Shown: positions 26,819 to 40,885 of the stretch, in pieces | Layout of the letters: each line of letters begins with the position of its first letter | Position numbering within the stretch: position 1 is the stretch's first letter | DNA from: Eledone cirrhosa | Taxonomy: Eukaryota | Direction of reading: 5' to 3' | Length of the DNA: 64,000 nucleotides | NCBI GenBank assembly: GCA_964016885.1 | Contig: OZ024743.1 | Span: 59,830,001 to 59,894,000 of the forward strand | Program-made: the position numbers and the translations under genes | The notes under the pieces: generated by a model | Told to the model about the DNA's origin: nothing | Database searches by the model: none | What the model saw: the letters and a program-made list of their open reading frames with translations, nothing else

Positions 26819-28431
26819 GTTTTTACTCTTTGAGTCTCAGTCATTGATGTTAGTTAACTGGAAAGTTTGTTGAAATGAATATGAAGCCACTACCTGCAGC
26901 CTCAGATATTCAGGACGTATCGGAGGGTTCTTGCTGTTCCCAGCAAGCATGCCTTTTGAAGCGTTCCAAAAAGCGTGAAGGGACCAATTTTCTTTAACCA
27001 TCCCTGGAAACTTTTTGAGATAGTCCCTAGTGCGCCTATGACAATCGGGATCACTTTGACATCATGGCAGTTCCAAATCCTTTTTACCTCCAATTTTAAG
27101 TCCTGGTATCGGTTAATTTTCTCCTTCTCCTTCTCTTGCATTCTCGTGTCGAATGGGCAGGCCACATCCACAATCTTTTTTCTTTGTCCAAAACCACCAG
27201 GTCAGGTCTATTGTATTCCAGTTTCTTGTTCGTCTGTATCCTAAAATCCCACAGCACCTTCACCTGATCGTTTTCCATCACCGCCTGGCTTATGCTAATA
27301 CCACTTTTCAGAATGTGGTAAATTGTTTACTTTGCATAGGTGCCAGTGGATCACCCTGCCCATCACATCATGTCTCCAGCCCTTATAGTGAGTCTGGGCT
27401 AGGTGTTTACACTCAGATACAATGTGAGCCACAGTCTCCTCTCTCTCTCCACAGATCCTGCACAGTGGGCTAGCCTCCCCCTTGTAAATGTGGTGTTTCA
27501 ACCACTTCGTTTTGAGGGCCTGCTCCTGCGCAGCCATTAATATTCCTTCTGTAGCCTTTTTAAGGTCTCCTCTTTTCAACCAGTTCCATGTCTGTGGATC
27601 TCTAAATTCAGTTTTCTCAAAGAAGGTACTATGAAGGGATTTTTCCTGAAGGCTGCTCTTTCTCCTTGATGTTATTTCCTCCTTGGACATCCCTTGGCCT
27701 ATTGTCTCCTCCTTCATTTCAGCTCTGAGCATTGGCTCCTTACTATCAGTCACGTATTTGTGTAGGTTGTTTTTCTCCATCTGAACACAGTCCTCTATGC
27801 TGATATACCTCTTCCACTCTAAGATCTCCTTAATAGAGTCTATCGACATCACTCCTCTGGTGGAATATATTGTAGATAGTCAATAGCTTCCTAGTCTTCC
27901 TATCCATTTCTTTTTGTTCAGCAACATTCCATCTCAGAATTCCCGCGCTGTACCTAATAATAGACACAGCTCTGGAATTTACTGCACTTATGGCATTCCT
28001 ACTTTTCAGATGTGACTTTAATACACTCCTTACTCTCCGAAGGTATTCAGTTCTTATCAATTCCTTCATTTTTTTGTTCTTGATGTCATCTGCCTCCAGA
28101 ACGCCCAAATACTTGTATCCTTCCTCAGAGTCAATTTCCTTGATCATCTCACCTGTTGGTATCTGGATTCCGTTACTTCTGCTCAGCTTACCCCACCTCA
28201 TCACAATGACTCCACACTTACTAATACCAAATTTCATACATATATCATTGCTGAAAATACGGACAGTGTCAACAAGCACATCCAACTCCTTCTCACTGTT
28301 CCTGAAGAGCATAAGATCGTCCATGAAGTGGAGGTGATTGATGGTAAGCCCTCCCTTTCCCAACCTGTATCCTGCTCTCATTTTTCGCAGTACACTGGTC
28401 AGGGACATCTGGGCAAGGGCAAACAACACCT
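26819..28431 (-). mobile_element. R4/Dong-type family 2, 5'-truncated (RT end, zinc knuckle, RLE)
   Basis: INHLHFMDDL, YKYLG, AAQEQAL, CRICGEREETVAHIVSEC, RHD, NRPDLV, DVACPFD, PIVIGALG. Flanked by (TAA)n on both sides. Confidence 0.9.
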
Positions 28432-28456
28432 TGTTATTATTATTATTATTATTATT

Positions 28457-31400
28457 ACAGTAGCATTTATCTTGCTTTATTTTCATACGAGTTATCACCA
28501 AGTCACAACCAGTGACCTTAAGAGACAACAAGGTCCGCCATGTTCAAGAAAGAACATACATACTCACACATGCATCTTTAGTGTTTAGACTTGTGATGGA
28601 CTTATTTTGACAGAATCTTCCTTAGTATATGGGCAGTTCCCATTAGTACTATCTTTTGTATTTATCCTATAAGCGGGTTACCTGGGATTTGCGATAAGTA
28701 ATCATTAGACCACTTAGGTATCATTCCCAGAGCGCCTACAACCACTGGTATTGTTTTAAGTCTCAATTTCCAAATTTTTCCAATTTCTATCTTAGATCCT
28801 TATACTTGCTCAATTTTTCAAATGTTTTTATAGATACATTCTTGTCTATTGGAACGGACATATCAGTTAGCAGGCATACCCTCTTTTTAAAGTCCTTCAA
28901 TATTATATCAGGTCTATTTGCATCTATTTTTCGATCTGTTTGGATGCTAAAGTTCCACAAGATTGAGATGTGATCTTTTTCAAGTAAGGGAGGTGGTTGA
29001 TGGTCCCACCAATTCTTTTGATGGGGCAGGTCAAAATGCTTACACATTATCCAATGTATGTATTGTGCAGCTCTGTCATGCCTGTTTAGGTATTCGGTTG
29101 GAGCTATAGGACTGCACATTGAAATTATATGGTCAATGGTCTCTGGTTGTTTTTTGTATACACGGGATAATGGGTTGCATCCATTTTTTATTATGTTGGC
29201 TTGGTAATTTTTTTGTTGGCAGACACTGATCTTGTGCTGATATAATCAGTCCTTCAGTCTCCGATTTCAGTCCAGAGGATGCCAATCACTGATGGGTTAA
29301 AGTTTTGTCAACATCAGGATTGTTAGCTCGTTCTGGGTATTTTCCATACAGAGGCTTTTCTTGCCATTTCTTAGCCAGTTTCTGTAGCAGTTCTTTCTTT
29401 GCAGTTACTTTTGCCTGCTTTGCTTTTTCTGTGTTTTCCATTTCAGCAGTAAATGGGACTTCTGAAATCTGTAGTCCATTACTGTATCTTTGTGCATCTT
29501 TTGTAATGGAATATGATCTTTTGATGCTTTCGTGTTTCAAAACGAGTTTGATCATCCAATCATGTGATTACCTTAGATATGTAGATCATCCAATTGTTGC
29601 AGTTTTCAACGCAATGTCTAACTGGATTAACCCACGTCCTCCTTCTTTTCTAGGGAGATATATTCTATCTGTATCTGCCTTAGGGTGAAGCATTCTGTGC
29701 ATGGTTAAGAATTTTCTAATTTTTGTATCGTGCGTAGGGATCTCTCTGCTTGACCAGTTAATGACATTGCAAATGTAGGTTACTACTGGTATGGCAAGCG
29801 TGTTTATGGCATCGATCCAATTCCTTGCATTCAATTCCGTTCTTAAGATTGCTCTTACTCTGCGGTAACATTCCTTCCTTATCCTTTCCCTCATTGTCGA
29901 GTGCTTGATACCGTCTCCTTCACAAACACCTAGATTTTTGTAAGTTTCCTCTTGGTCAAGTTCTCTTATCACACTCCCCCGATCAAGATTAATGTCTGAA
30001 CTTTTCAGCAGCTTTCCTCTGGTGAACGTTGCTTTGGCGCATTTATCTAGTCCAAACTCCATTTTAATGTCATCACTGAACTGCTCCACAGTGGATAATA
30101 GCCCTTGCAATTGTTCATCATTTTTTGCAAAAAGTTTCAGGTCATCCATGTAGAACAAGTGATTAATGGTTTTGTCATAGACTTTATATCCATGTTTTGT
30201 TTCATTGAGCATTTTACTTAATAGTATAAGTGCGATGCAGAATAAAAGCGGTGATAAAGAGTTACCCTGAAAAATTCCACAATTAATATTAACTTCTTCA
30301 GCTTCCAGTGATTTTGTGTCACTATTCAAAAGGAGTGTCGTTTTCCATGTCTTCATACTGAATAACAAAAACCTCCTAACAACGGGAGATATTTTGAAAA
30401 TCTCTAAACATTTTTCAATCCAACTGTGTGGCAAACTATCGAATGCTTTTTTATAATCTATCCAAGCAATTGATAGATTTTTGTGTCTATTATGACAATC
30501 TTCCAGTATCATTTTGTTAACCAAAAGCTGATCCTTACAGCCATATGAGCCTCGTTTACACCCTTTCTGCTCAATGGGAAATAGGTCATTTGTTACCAGG
30601 TGGTCATATGTATATTCAGTTAGGACTGATGTTAACATTTTATACATTGTCGTCAAGCAAGTTATCGGTCTGTAATTTTGGGGATTGTTTGTTTCATCAT
30701 TCTTCGGAAGCAGTAATGTAATGCCGTTAACTAGCCATGATGGTATCTTTTCTGGCTCCTTAACTATTTCATTGTAAAGTTGGGCTAACAGCTCATGTGA
30801 CTCATGTGACTGTTATATTTTCCCATGTTTGTTCCTCAAGGTGAGCTGTATCTTTCATTTGTCTGTCTCTCCATGGGGCATGTATGCTATGAACTTTTTC
30901 TTCAGTCCAGATCTTTTCCCAGAATTCTTGCACTTCCACCTTGGGTGGTATTGATTTAGCAGTTATTGTTGACTTACCAATTTTTCTGTAGAAGTTTCTT
31001 TGGTTGTTTTTGAACATATTATTGTCCTTATAGAATCTAGATCGTTTTTCAAAGCGCCTTATACGAGCAGCTTTGGCCGACACTTTTTGCTTGATTATTT
31101 CTATCAGCATGTCTATGTCACTTGTTGATTTTATACTGTACTTTCTTTTCAATTTTCTAAGTTTAGTTTGTTTAACATGTTCACCTACTTTATAGTTTGT
31201 TAAAATTTCTATGTCAGATCGGAGAAGGTTTATTTGGCGATTGATGTTCTCCTGCCAATTAGATTTCTTGTGGGAATTCCTTTGTTTTTCCATCTTCACT
31301 CTACATAAGTGAGTGGGGACTTTAGCAGATGCATAATAGAGATGATTTAAATCAGTAATGTTTAGTTTGTTTGTGATGATAATGTATGTGAGAATTATGT

Positions 31401-31540
31401 TAGTCTTGTGTATTATATTTTGGTTCTGTTTGGAGTTCTGGATCTTAGGGAGGGTGTCTCGTTGCCCCATGTCAGATTCTTTCATTTTCATCCATTCGAT
31501 CATAATTTCATCCTTCAAGTTGGCAAGTTCATTCTCATTC
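28457..31540 (-). mobile_element. R4/Dong-type family 1, long degenerate copy (N-terminal region, RT, RLE)
   Basis: ORFs 30802-31542, 29586-30656 (EQKGC, WIDYKKAFDSLPH, GIFQG, HLFYMDDLKL), 29286-29555 and 28787-29119. The 3' end abuts (TAA)n. Confidence 0.92.
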
Positions 31541-31548
31541 ATTTATGG

Positions 31549-32287
31549 ATTACAGAATGTGGTAAATTGTTTACTTTGCATAGGTGCCAGTGGATCACCC
31601 TGTCCATCACATCATGTCTCCAGCCTTTATAGTGAATCTGGGCTAGGTGTTTACACTCGGATACGATGTGAGCCACAGTCTCCTCTCTCTCTCCACAGAT
31701 CCTGCACAGTGGGCTAGCCTCCTCCTTGTAAATATGGTGTATCAACCACTTTGTTTTGAGGGTCTGCTCTTGCGCAGCCATTAGCATTCCTTCTGTAGCC
31801 TTTTTAAGGTCTCCTATTTTCAACCAGTTCCATGTCTGTGGATCTCTGAATTCAGTTTTCTCAAAGAAGGTACTATGAAGGGATTTTTCCTGAAGGCTGC
31901 TCTTTCTCCTCGTTGTTATTTCCTCCTTGGACATCCCCTGGTCTATTATCCTCTCCTTCAGTACAATTCTGAGCATTGGCTCCTTACTATCAGACACGTA
32001 TTTGTGTAGGTTGTTTTTCTCCTTCTGAACACAGTCCTCTATGCTGATAATACCTCTTCCACCTTCAGATCTCCTTAAGTAGAGTCTATCGACATCACTC
32101 CTCTTGTGGATCATGTTGTAGATTGTCTATAGCTTCCTAGTCTTCCTATCCATTTCTTTTTGTTCAGCAACATTCCATCTCAAAATTCCCGCACTGTACA
32201 TAATAATAGACACAACTCGGGAATTTATCGCACTTATGGCATCCCTACTGTTCAGATGTGACTTTAATACGCCTCTTACTCTCCGAA
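31549..32287 (-). mobile_element. R4/Dong-type family 2 internal fragment
   Basis: DVDRLYLRRSEGGRG..AAQEQ..CRICGE. Near-duplicate of 27305-28040. Confidence 0.88.
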
Positions 32288-33408
32288 TGTGATTGTAGCT
32301 TTGAATGGTGCTTTAGAAAATTATCGTTTTCTTAAAGCTGCAAGATCTTTTGTCCACAAAATTCGGTGTGAGCTAGAGAAAGAAGATGGAAGCGTATTAC
32401 CTATATCAAAATGTAAAAAACATTCTAAATGCTCTGATTCTATCAGGGCACCTGAAATTATTCAGGAAGTTAAAGCAAAACATTGATGACTATCCAAGAA
32501 AATCAATGAGGTCAACTGCAAAACAATCTTGATGTGTCAGAAAAACAATCAGAAATGTTGTGCCTGAAGACATCAGATACAAATGTTACGTGATGAGGAG
32601 AGGTCAATTCATGTCAAAAGAAACAACAGAAAACAGTTTAATCAGAACCAAAAGATTTTTGAACAAACTTAAAAATCGATCAGATGATGGTGCGATTTAG
32701 TTGTTCGCGGATGAGAAAGACTTTGACCAGGACCAGAAAACTAACAGAAGAAATGACAGATGGCTATATGCAGACTCTTCTGAGGTTCCAAGCACACACA
32801 ATTTCCTGCAAGTGCCATGGTTGCGGGTTTTGTTAGCAATGAAGGACAAATGATGCTTCCTCACTATTTTCTACAAGGCCTTAGGGTAAATGCCGCTGCG
32901 TATATTGAGGTTCTGTATAAAGTTGTAAAGCCTTGGATCAACAGTGTATTCAATGGAAAGTCCTATGTCTTTCAACAAGATTCTGCACCATCACACAAAG
33001 CTCAAATGACACAAGAATGGATGGCCGACAATTTGCACGATCACATCACCCCCAACATTTGGCCTCCTAATTGTCCAGAGCTTAATCCACTGGACTACTA
33101 TGTATGGAACATCGTTGAGAGAAATGTCAATGAATACCCCATAGCACCAAAGATTCTTTGAAAGCTACCATAGTTCGATTCATGTCCGATATGAACAAGG
33201 ACCACTTAATCCGAGCTTGTAAACGATTTCCACCCCGTGTAGAGGCAGTTATTGATGCTTATGGTGGTTTTACTGAATGAAATTATTAAATTGATAATTT
33301 AGCTTCATATTTATGTTAATTTTATGAGAATACAGTTTGTCTTCTGTTATTATATAAACGTTTTTTTTTTAAACCATAAATCAATCCTCAAATACCGTCC
33401 GCACTCTG
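32288..33408 (+). mobile_element. IS630-Tc1-mariner DD37D (maT-type) transposon, transposase pseudogene, left end lost
   Basis: FADEKDF and YVFQQDSAPSH...WPPNCPELNPLDYYVW, with 37 residues between the 2nd and 3rd Asp. Stops and frameshifts present. Probable right TIR ...CCGTCCGCACTCTG. Confidence 0.85.
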
Positions 33409-33422
33409 TGTGTATGTGTGAG

Positions 33423-33458
<36 letters not shown>

Positions 33459-33607
33459 CATATATATATATATATAAATATATATACGTATATATAGACA
33501 CATATATGTATATATATACATATACACACATATATATATATATATATATATACATATATATACACACATATATATATATATATATATATACATATATATA
33601 CACACAC

Positions 33608-33639
<32 letters not shown>

Positions 33640-34054
33640 ATATATGCATGTATGTATTCTTTCCATCCATCATCCCACATGTTTCTTTAGTGTTCCCTCT
33701 TCCATTTATTTCAACATCAGATTTATTTAATAATTTTAGTCCTATTTTTATCTGCACATCTTAACATTTGTCACGCTACCAACATCAGTGTTACACCAAA
33801 ATAAATCCCCAAATTTAACGGCCTCCTGACCTCTATTCACTCCCACGAAATTAGAAAAACATGTGAATCATATAAAAATCCCTCACGTGTTATTCATCAT
33901 ACACAAGCTCTTCCATACTCTTTCAGAACATATCCACTTTATTTTATATATATTATTAGTCCCACATACCAAAATTATAAAATTGTAAAATTATGAAATC
34001 TAATTTCGTAAAACATCAAATATCGTACAATTGAATTCATCCTTACCCTTTTTT

Positions 34055-34108
<54 letters not shown>

Positions 34109-34144
34109 TGTGTTTGTGCGTGACTATGTACCATAAGATATGAT

Positions 34145-34178
34145 TTCTAATTCCTTTGTTTCTATTGTTTATTTTCAG
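34145..34178 (+). promoter_or_regulatory. 3' splice acceptor upstream of the GPCR coding exon
   Basis: Branch-like TTCTAAT, a polypyrimidine tract and TTTTCAG|, 282 nt upstream of the ATG. Confidence 0.65.
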
Positions 34179-34460
34179 TGAATGGTTGGGATTCAGAAAT
34201 GTGTCGCGAGAAATATTCTAAGAAGCAACTATAGGAATGCACCTAACTAAAATGTATCTTCAATGTCACTTCGGCAGTGTATATATCACGGTATAACTAA
34301 CATTCCATAGCAATCGTTATATCACTAACAGTATTCATTTTATCAACCGCAGTAATTTAGAACTATAATGATAGCCAGAGAGTGTCGATTTTAAATTCAA
34401 AAATCACATCGATGATAATTGTTTAATAATAAAGGATTATATTAAACAACGAGAACAAAT

Positions 34461-35774
34461 ATGCCTATATTCGAAGTTTCTACAGAATTTAATATCCAAA
34501 ACGGATCAGGTTTCGATATGAATGAGAGTTCACAGGAGATTGAGGATACACCTACTATTTGGACGCCTGAAATCGTAGAAAGGATTACATCAGTGGTTTT
34601 CATTATGATCGCCACGATTGTGGGTAACCTAACTCTAATCGCAGCCATATTCTGGAAAAGGTCTCGTCTGGTGAAAAGAGTAAATATATTTCTTGTGAAC
34701 TTAGCTATTGGTGACCTGACAGTAGCGATGGTTACAATGACCACGGAAATTCTCTTCATTGCTTTCGGAGAATGGATATTGGGGGAAGTCGTTTGTAAGA
34801 TTTGCGTTTATCTGCAGATAGTAACACTGGCCAGTACAACATTTCTGATGACTGGTATGAGTATTGATCGCTACCAGGTCATCGTGAAGCCACTGCAGTC
34901 TCTGAGAAAACGTCCAAAAATTCGAACGAAAGTTATTCTAGCTTGGGTTATGGCTTTTATATTCGCAATTCCACAGCTCTTGATATTTGTTCAAGTAAAA
35001 GAAACAAAATCCGATGGAAGCACACAGATGAAATGTGTGAGTAGAGGTTATACAGGAGAATGGCAACGGAAAATTTACTTCACCTTCCTTACAGCATACA
35101 TTTTGATCATACCAGGTGCCGTGATGTTTTATTGTTACGCGAATATAACACGCGTTGTATGGAGCAGAGCGAACCATATGCCGCAGATAACATATAACAA
35201 CAAATCTGTTCAAACCACGAACCGTATTTCAATAAACCAGTCTCTTGTTTCGGCCTCCAAGCGCCGCGTGGTCACAATGACTTTGACGGTGATCATTGGT
35301 TTCCTCACATGTCTCACTCCATATTTCATAGTGAATCTCATTAGAATATACAGTAACTACACTATAGGTATGAAGAAAACACTACACGTTTCTGAAGCTA
35401 TCTTTATGACACATAGTGCTCTAAACCCGATACTTTACGGTATATTCTCATTACGAATGGAACATTTCTATAGACTGATTAACGTATGTTTATGCTTTAT
35501 ACCAGTGAGAAGCGTCATTGAAAGAGACACAAGCGTAGACAGTTTAGGTCACATGAATACATTAAGTATGTTACAGCTGAGGTTTGCTCGACTAGGAAAC
35601 AGAAACGCTGTGCAAAGTATTAATCAAAAGAAACAATCGTTCCAAAGGAAAAGTTTTCTGCGAAAGAATGTAGGCCATGCCATAAAGACAACCTTTCATC
35701 CCAAGTCGAATTCAGTACAAACAACTATAGAGAACACGAACATGCGGCCTGCAAGTGGGCTATCAAATGTATAG
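34461..35774 (+). CDS. Class A (rhodopsin-like) neuropeptide GPCR of the vasopressin/CCAP-NPS/GnRH/achatin receptor superfamily, 437 aa
   Basis: Seven hydrophobic segments with GN (TM1), NLAIGDL (TM2), W..G...CK, SIDRY, AW....F.IPQ, CLTPYF (TM6) and HSALNPILY (TM7). N-glycosylation sequons NGS and NES. Uninterrupted ORF. Confidence 0.95.
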   Translation: MPIFEVSTEFNIQNGSGFDMNESSQEIEDTPTIWTPEIVERITSVVFIMIATIVGNLTLIAAIFWKRSRLVKRVNIFLVNLAIGDLTVAMVTMTTEILFIAFGEWILGEVVCKICVYLQIVTLASTTFLMTGMSIDRYQVIVKPLQSLRKRPKIRTKVILAWVMAFIFAIPQLLIFVQVKETKSDGSTQMKCVSRGYTGEWQRKIYFTFLTAYILIIPGAVMFYCYANITRVVWSRANHMPQITYNNKSVQTTNRISINQSLVSASKRRVVTMTLTVIIGFLTCLTPYFIVNLIRIYSNYTIGMKKTLHVSEAIFMTHSALNPILYGIFSLRMEHFYRLINVCLCFIPVRSVIERDTSVDSLGHMNTLSMLQLRFARLGNRNAVQSINQKKQSFQRKSFLRKNVGHAIKTTFHPKSNSVQTTIENTNMRPASGLSNV

Positions 35775-35863
35775 TCACCCCATAATATTATCAAAGACAA
35801 ATAACCACAGACACATGGAAATTAATATGCATATATGCATATATATATGCGCATATACACACC

Positions 35864-35981
<118 letters not shown>

Positions 35982-36064
35982 CACACATATATATATATAT
36001 AAATATATATATATATACACATATATATATATGTATATATATACACATACACATATATATACAT

Positions 36065-36111
<47 letters not shown>

Positions 36112-36254
36112 CACATATATATACATATATATATATATACACATATATATATATGTATATATATACACATATATATATATGTATATATATACACATATAT
36201 ATATATGTATATATATACACATATATATATATGTATATATATACACATACACAT

Positions 36255-36357
<103 letters not shown>

Positions 36358-36408
36358 TATATATATACACACACATATATATATACACACATATATATAT
36401 ACACACAC

Positions 36409-36441
<33 letters not shown>

Positions 36442-37049
36442 TATATATATATATACACACACATATATATGCACACATGTACATATACATGCATGAATTC
36501 TTACATACATACATAAATACATACATTCAAGCATATATAATAATTAAACATTTCCTTACAAATTCCCCAACCTGTTAATCCTATCGGATCCTCAGAGGAA
36601 TCTAATTTTCTCAGTCAAAAATCTTAAATAGTAGAAGATACGGTAAATAAATTTAATCATATCATGAAATCTATAAAATAAACAAAGGAAAAGTGGCGGG
36701 AGGGGGGTGTTCTCTAACATGGGAGGTTTAGATAGGTCCAGGACATGAGTTGGGAGGAAATGTGTGATAAAGAGCGAGTGAGAGAGTGGGAAAGAGTTTG
36801 GGGGTGGGGAGGGGTGTAGAGAGCAAAAGAGAAAGGTTAACAGATACATGTAAATATGTACAAGTAGGATAGAGAAGAAAACAAATAAATAAGGAAAGAA
36901 ACGAAAATGGATGAAAAAGAAACAAAGAAACAAAGAAAGAAAGAAGGAAAGAAGGAAAGAAAGATGCGGAAATGATAGTCACTAATACTGGAAAAGCACT
37001 ATCTGATGATTTAAAATTGGCCAGGAGGAAATCTGTAAGAATATATTTG

Positions 37050-38200
37050 CTGTGTAACGCTAACTGGTGCTCTCCTTCAGCACATGTAAATTGCCCTTTG
37101 AAATCACAGTATTTTTCATTGATATATATCATATTGACAATATAAATGCCTGTGAATCAACCCAGCTTTTTTGAAAGAAGACCATCTTAATAAAATTGCT
37201 GGTTTATACGACGTATCCGTCTTTCATCCTGTCGATATTATGTTTGTTCTGAGAATGCATAATCTATATGTCTTTCAACTGAACTCACTGGCCCATACAT
37301 TTTGTATCCTCGGCGGTTTCTTCATGTACTTTTGCTGCATTTCATCTGTACATATACGACCACCAGCTTTAGCAACATATATTATGATGCAGATGATGTA
37401 CTCTACAATTTATGACGAAAATTCCGTAAACGTTGCCCATCTTCACCCAACCTGGATACCACATGTACGAAATATATCATCACTATCACCAGAAACTTTG
37501 TAAATTCCTTGAATGGGGACATTACCGCATCGCCGGAATAAATCATTAAATTATCAAAGCATATATATTGCAGTGTTATTTCTTTACACAATACTTGAAC
37601 ATACAATGCGTATACATTGCCATAAATTCTCACCTTAAAATTTCTACCGATCTCTTATAGTGACCACATATTTAAAGCAATGGAAATCCTATATCTTCTT
37701 TAAGATGTCCAAATATTAGAGCACTGTTATACTGATGGCATTCAACAAAGCTCAATAAAGACCTCAATCCGATTACTACTTGTCCAGTTTCAGCTATAAA
37801 GCTGCTGCCCACACAAGCACTACAGACTGTATTAAAAGAGAAAGACAATCAGATTAATAGGTATATTCATTTACATATCAAATACTATCATTGACTCCGG
37901 TGTAGCTGATTTTTCTCTACAGCCATTATAATGTATTCCGGGCATAGAAACCAGTTAATTTGTTACCACCTCCATCCAATAACAATTTATTCATATCTCC
38001 ATTCAAGGTCCTAGAGGAGATCCCCACTTTTCATCGTTACATTATATCATTACTCAAACACTGCACTAAATACTTTCATAAAACCTTCATACTCACACCC
38101 ACGTCTACATTGACAACACTATGACCAAATTACTCCCCACAGGAATCGATCAGTAAATGCTCAACCTCAACCTCAAATGAATCAGACTCACCAGGTTTAG
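37050..38200 (+). pseudogene. Highly decayed LINE RT remnant
   Basis: YYDADDVLY (YADD-like) at ~37378-37404, preceded by a QG..LSP.LF.LYI-like stretch. Boundaries approximate. Confidence 0.4.
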
Positions 38201-38316
38201 AAAAACTCACCATGATAAGAATGATGAACTGTACATATATTAGATTAATACTGAAAGAATGGAAAACAGTCTATACAATTAGGTGTACGTAAAACAACAA
38301 CAATAATAATAATAAT

Positions 38317-38553
38317 AATTGTTTCTACATTTGGCACAAGGCCAGCAATTACCCAGTACATTACTGGTACTTTATTTTATCGACCCCTTAAGGATGAAAG
38401 GCATAGTTAACCTCGGCGGGATTTAATAATAATAGATGTAATAATAATAACAACAACAATAATAATAATGATAATAGTTTCTACTTTAGGCACAAGGCCA
38501 GCAATTACCCATTATATTACTTGTACATTATTCTATCGACCCCGTAAGGATGA
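38317..38553 (-). mobile_element. Two 5'-truncated tRNA-derived SINE copies in (AAT)n
   Basis: GTTTCTAC.TT.GGCACAAGGCCAGCAATTACCC... at 38317-38424 and 38473-38553. Confidence 0.85.
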
Positions 38554-40194
38554 TTTCCAATAAACATAATAATATAAACAGCAAACGTTATATTATAGGG
38601 GAAACATATTTGGATTCAATACGTTCGCTCAACTGTCGATACATGACATGCTATTTATCTGCTAAACATTACCTACGGTCGTCTGCATCTTGTGACATAT
38701 CTTCTTAATCGGCACAGTATTTATGTCCTTGCTATACATACCAGCCATAGATTGAGTAGGCTACATTTCGTCTTTCATAGAATACAGAGAATCTGTGGAG
38801 GTATTATTTTGTGAGGGTCTTGTCCACTCTCATTTTTTTTGTGGTTTAATTAATTTTACTCCTCCCTTTTTTCTTGCTCTCTTAGACAATTTTCTAGTAC
38901 TTTTTCTTCGCCGTATTTTCCACTGGTTGAAGATGTGTGACCTAATAGATATTATGTTGGACTCACGAGCCTAAGCCTGTAGGTTTCAAATCCTGAACAT
39001 ATTGGCGCATTTTGTTCTTGAGGAACACACTTCATTTCACATCGTTCTTCATGAGAAGACTGGTGCCTCTATACGTAAAACACCCAGGAAATATCCTATG
39101 AGATGCAAACTCTTAGGAGGTTTACCTAACCTACATACGTGTGAGGAATAATATTTCTTGTTCTTTACATATCCTTCCAAACATCGCAAGAGTAGGGATT
39201 GGTAATGATGTACCATCGGGCGCTCTAGAGAGAAATCAGCATTGAAGTTGTCAACTATCTCGGGTACTGGTGGTAAGAAGGACAAGGTGATATCAACTCC
39301 TTTTTGCTGGCTATTATCGGGCTTCGAGGCAAAATGAGATGAACGCTAAAGTTTTGTAGTATCAGCTCGAAAAATAGCTGGGCATAGTGTGTCTGGGATT
39401 TGCCGCTGTTCTTGCTTGCCATCATATATTTATTCTATCTTATTTTCCTTCTTCTTGTTGCAAGCTGCCCTTTAATTTGCCAACAGTTTGTGTGATATAA
39501 ACTCTTCTCCATTAATGATGTATAACTGTGGGATTGCCGTTTTATCTACGGGATTTACTACGACCTCTTGAATGTCGGTGTTTTTTTATGTTTTTTTTTT
39601 TCAAATACTGATATATCAATACAAATTAATGTTTCAGAACATACTTTCAACGTATCTTCCACTGTACATGTGTATAGGCGCGTATCTAAACAGAGTGTTC
39701 AGTTCACGATTTTAATGAGATATCAATTCCCAGCGGTGTGTTGGTAATTGAACAAGGCTCTTTCCTTCGTGTTTCTTCAATTCATTCATAGAAGTTCTAA
39801 TAGTTCTAAAGGCAGGTATGTAACGCATTGTGTCACCATGAATCTCCAAAATTATTACCTTATTACATTAATGTAAACGTATGTGTGGAATGTTGAATCA
39901 CGTGCATGTTACCTTCTCAAGAAGACTATTCCATTTTTCAAATCATTAGAAATCTCAACATTGGAACCGATGGAGGTTCAACAACAACGATGATACGTGT
40001 AGTTTTATATTAACATTTGAAGATTTCTGTATAATAAATAGTTCCATTGGATTTTCCGTAATCGTCTTTTCCTCATTTCAAAAGAAGGATAGTGCGTATG
40101 TTTTGACATTACTGAGCTTATTACCCCCCGCCCCCAAATATGTCGAATACCTACTCTTGCACATAATTCAGACTCCAGCATTCCATGCCCAGTG

Positions 40195-40475
40195 AACACG
40201 GCCGTGTGGTACTTAAACAGTTATACCTGCTTCAGAGGAACTCCATTCACATGCATAGTGCCCTGCGCGTGGTTGTGAGGATAAGTGTCTCAGTTCTCGC
40301 AGCACAGTTGTTCATTCCATCCATGCAGCACTCAGTATCAAATCTATCGAGTGCAAGTCGGAGATCCCCCTCTATCAAGTTAAGTAACACCATGTCGTTT
40401 GCAGATTCCAGTCGACTGTTTTTATAGCTGTCAGTCATGATACCACTTCCAACCCGGTGGTGTATGTCAATCCTC
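40195..40475 (-). pseudogene. RTE-type LINE RT remnant
   Basis: RLESANDMVLL..DLRLALDRFDTEC..RTETLIL, homologous to 53640-53900. Confidence 0.6.
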
Positions 40476-40484
40476 TCTATCTAA

Positions 40485-40885
40485 ATAATTGTTCTGCATT
40501 TGGCACAAGGCCCGCAATTACCCAGTGCATTACTGGTACTTTATTTTATCGACCCCGTAAGTTAACCTCGGCGGGATTTTAATTCAGAATGGCAAGGGCC
40601 GTAACTCTATGCGTCAAAGAATGGCCTCCGACCATCTATCGGTACGGCCAATCCACAGCCATCAAAATGATGGTTTCTTATATAGGCACAAGGCCAGAAA
40701 TTTGGAGAGAGTGGAAAGTCGATTAAATCGATCTCAGCACCTGCCTGGTACTTTATTTTATCGACACCTTAAGGATGAAAGGCAAAGTTAACCTCGGCGG
40801 GATTTAAACTCAGATCATAAAGGGCCGCAACTCTATACTGCAAAGCATGGCACCCGGTTCTCTACCCATACTGCTAATCCACCGC
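40485..40885 (-). mobile_element. Two tandem tRNA-derived SINE copies
   Basis: Same family with box A/B and central domain. Confidence 0.85.
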
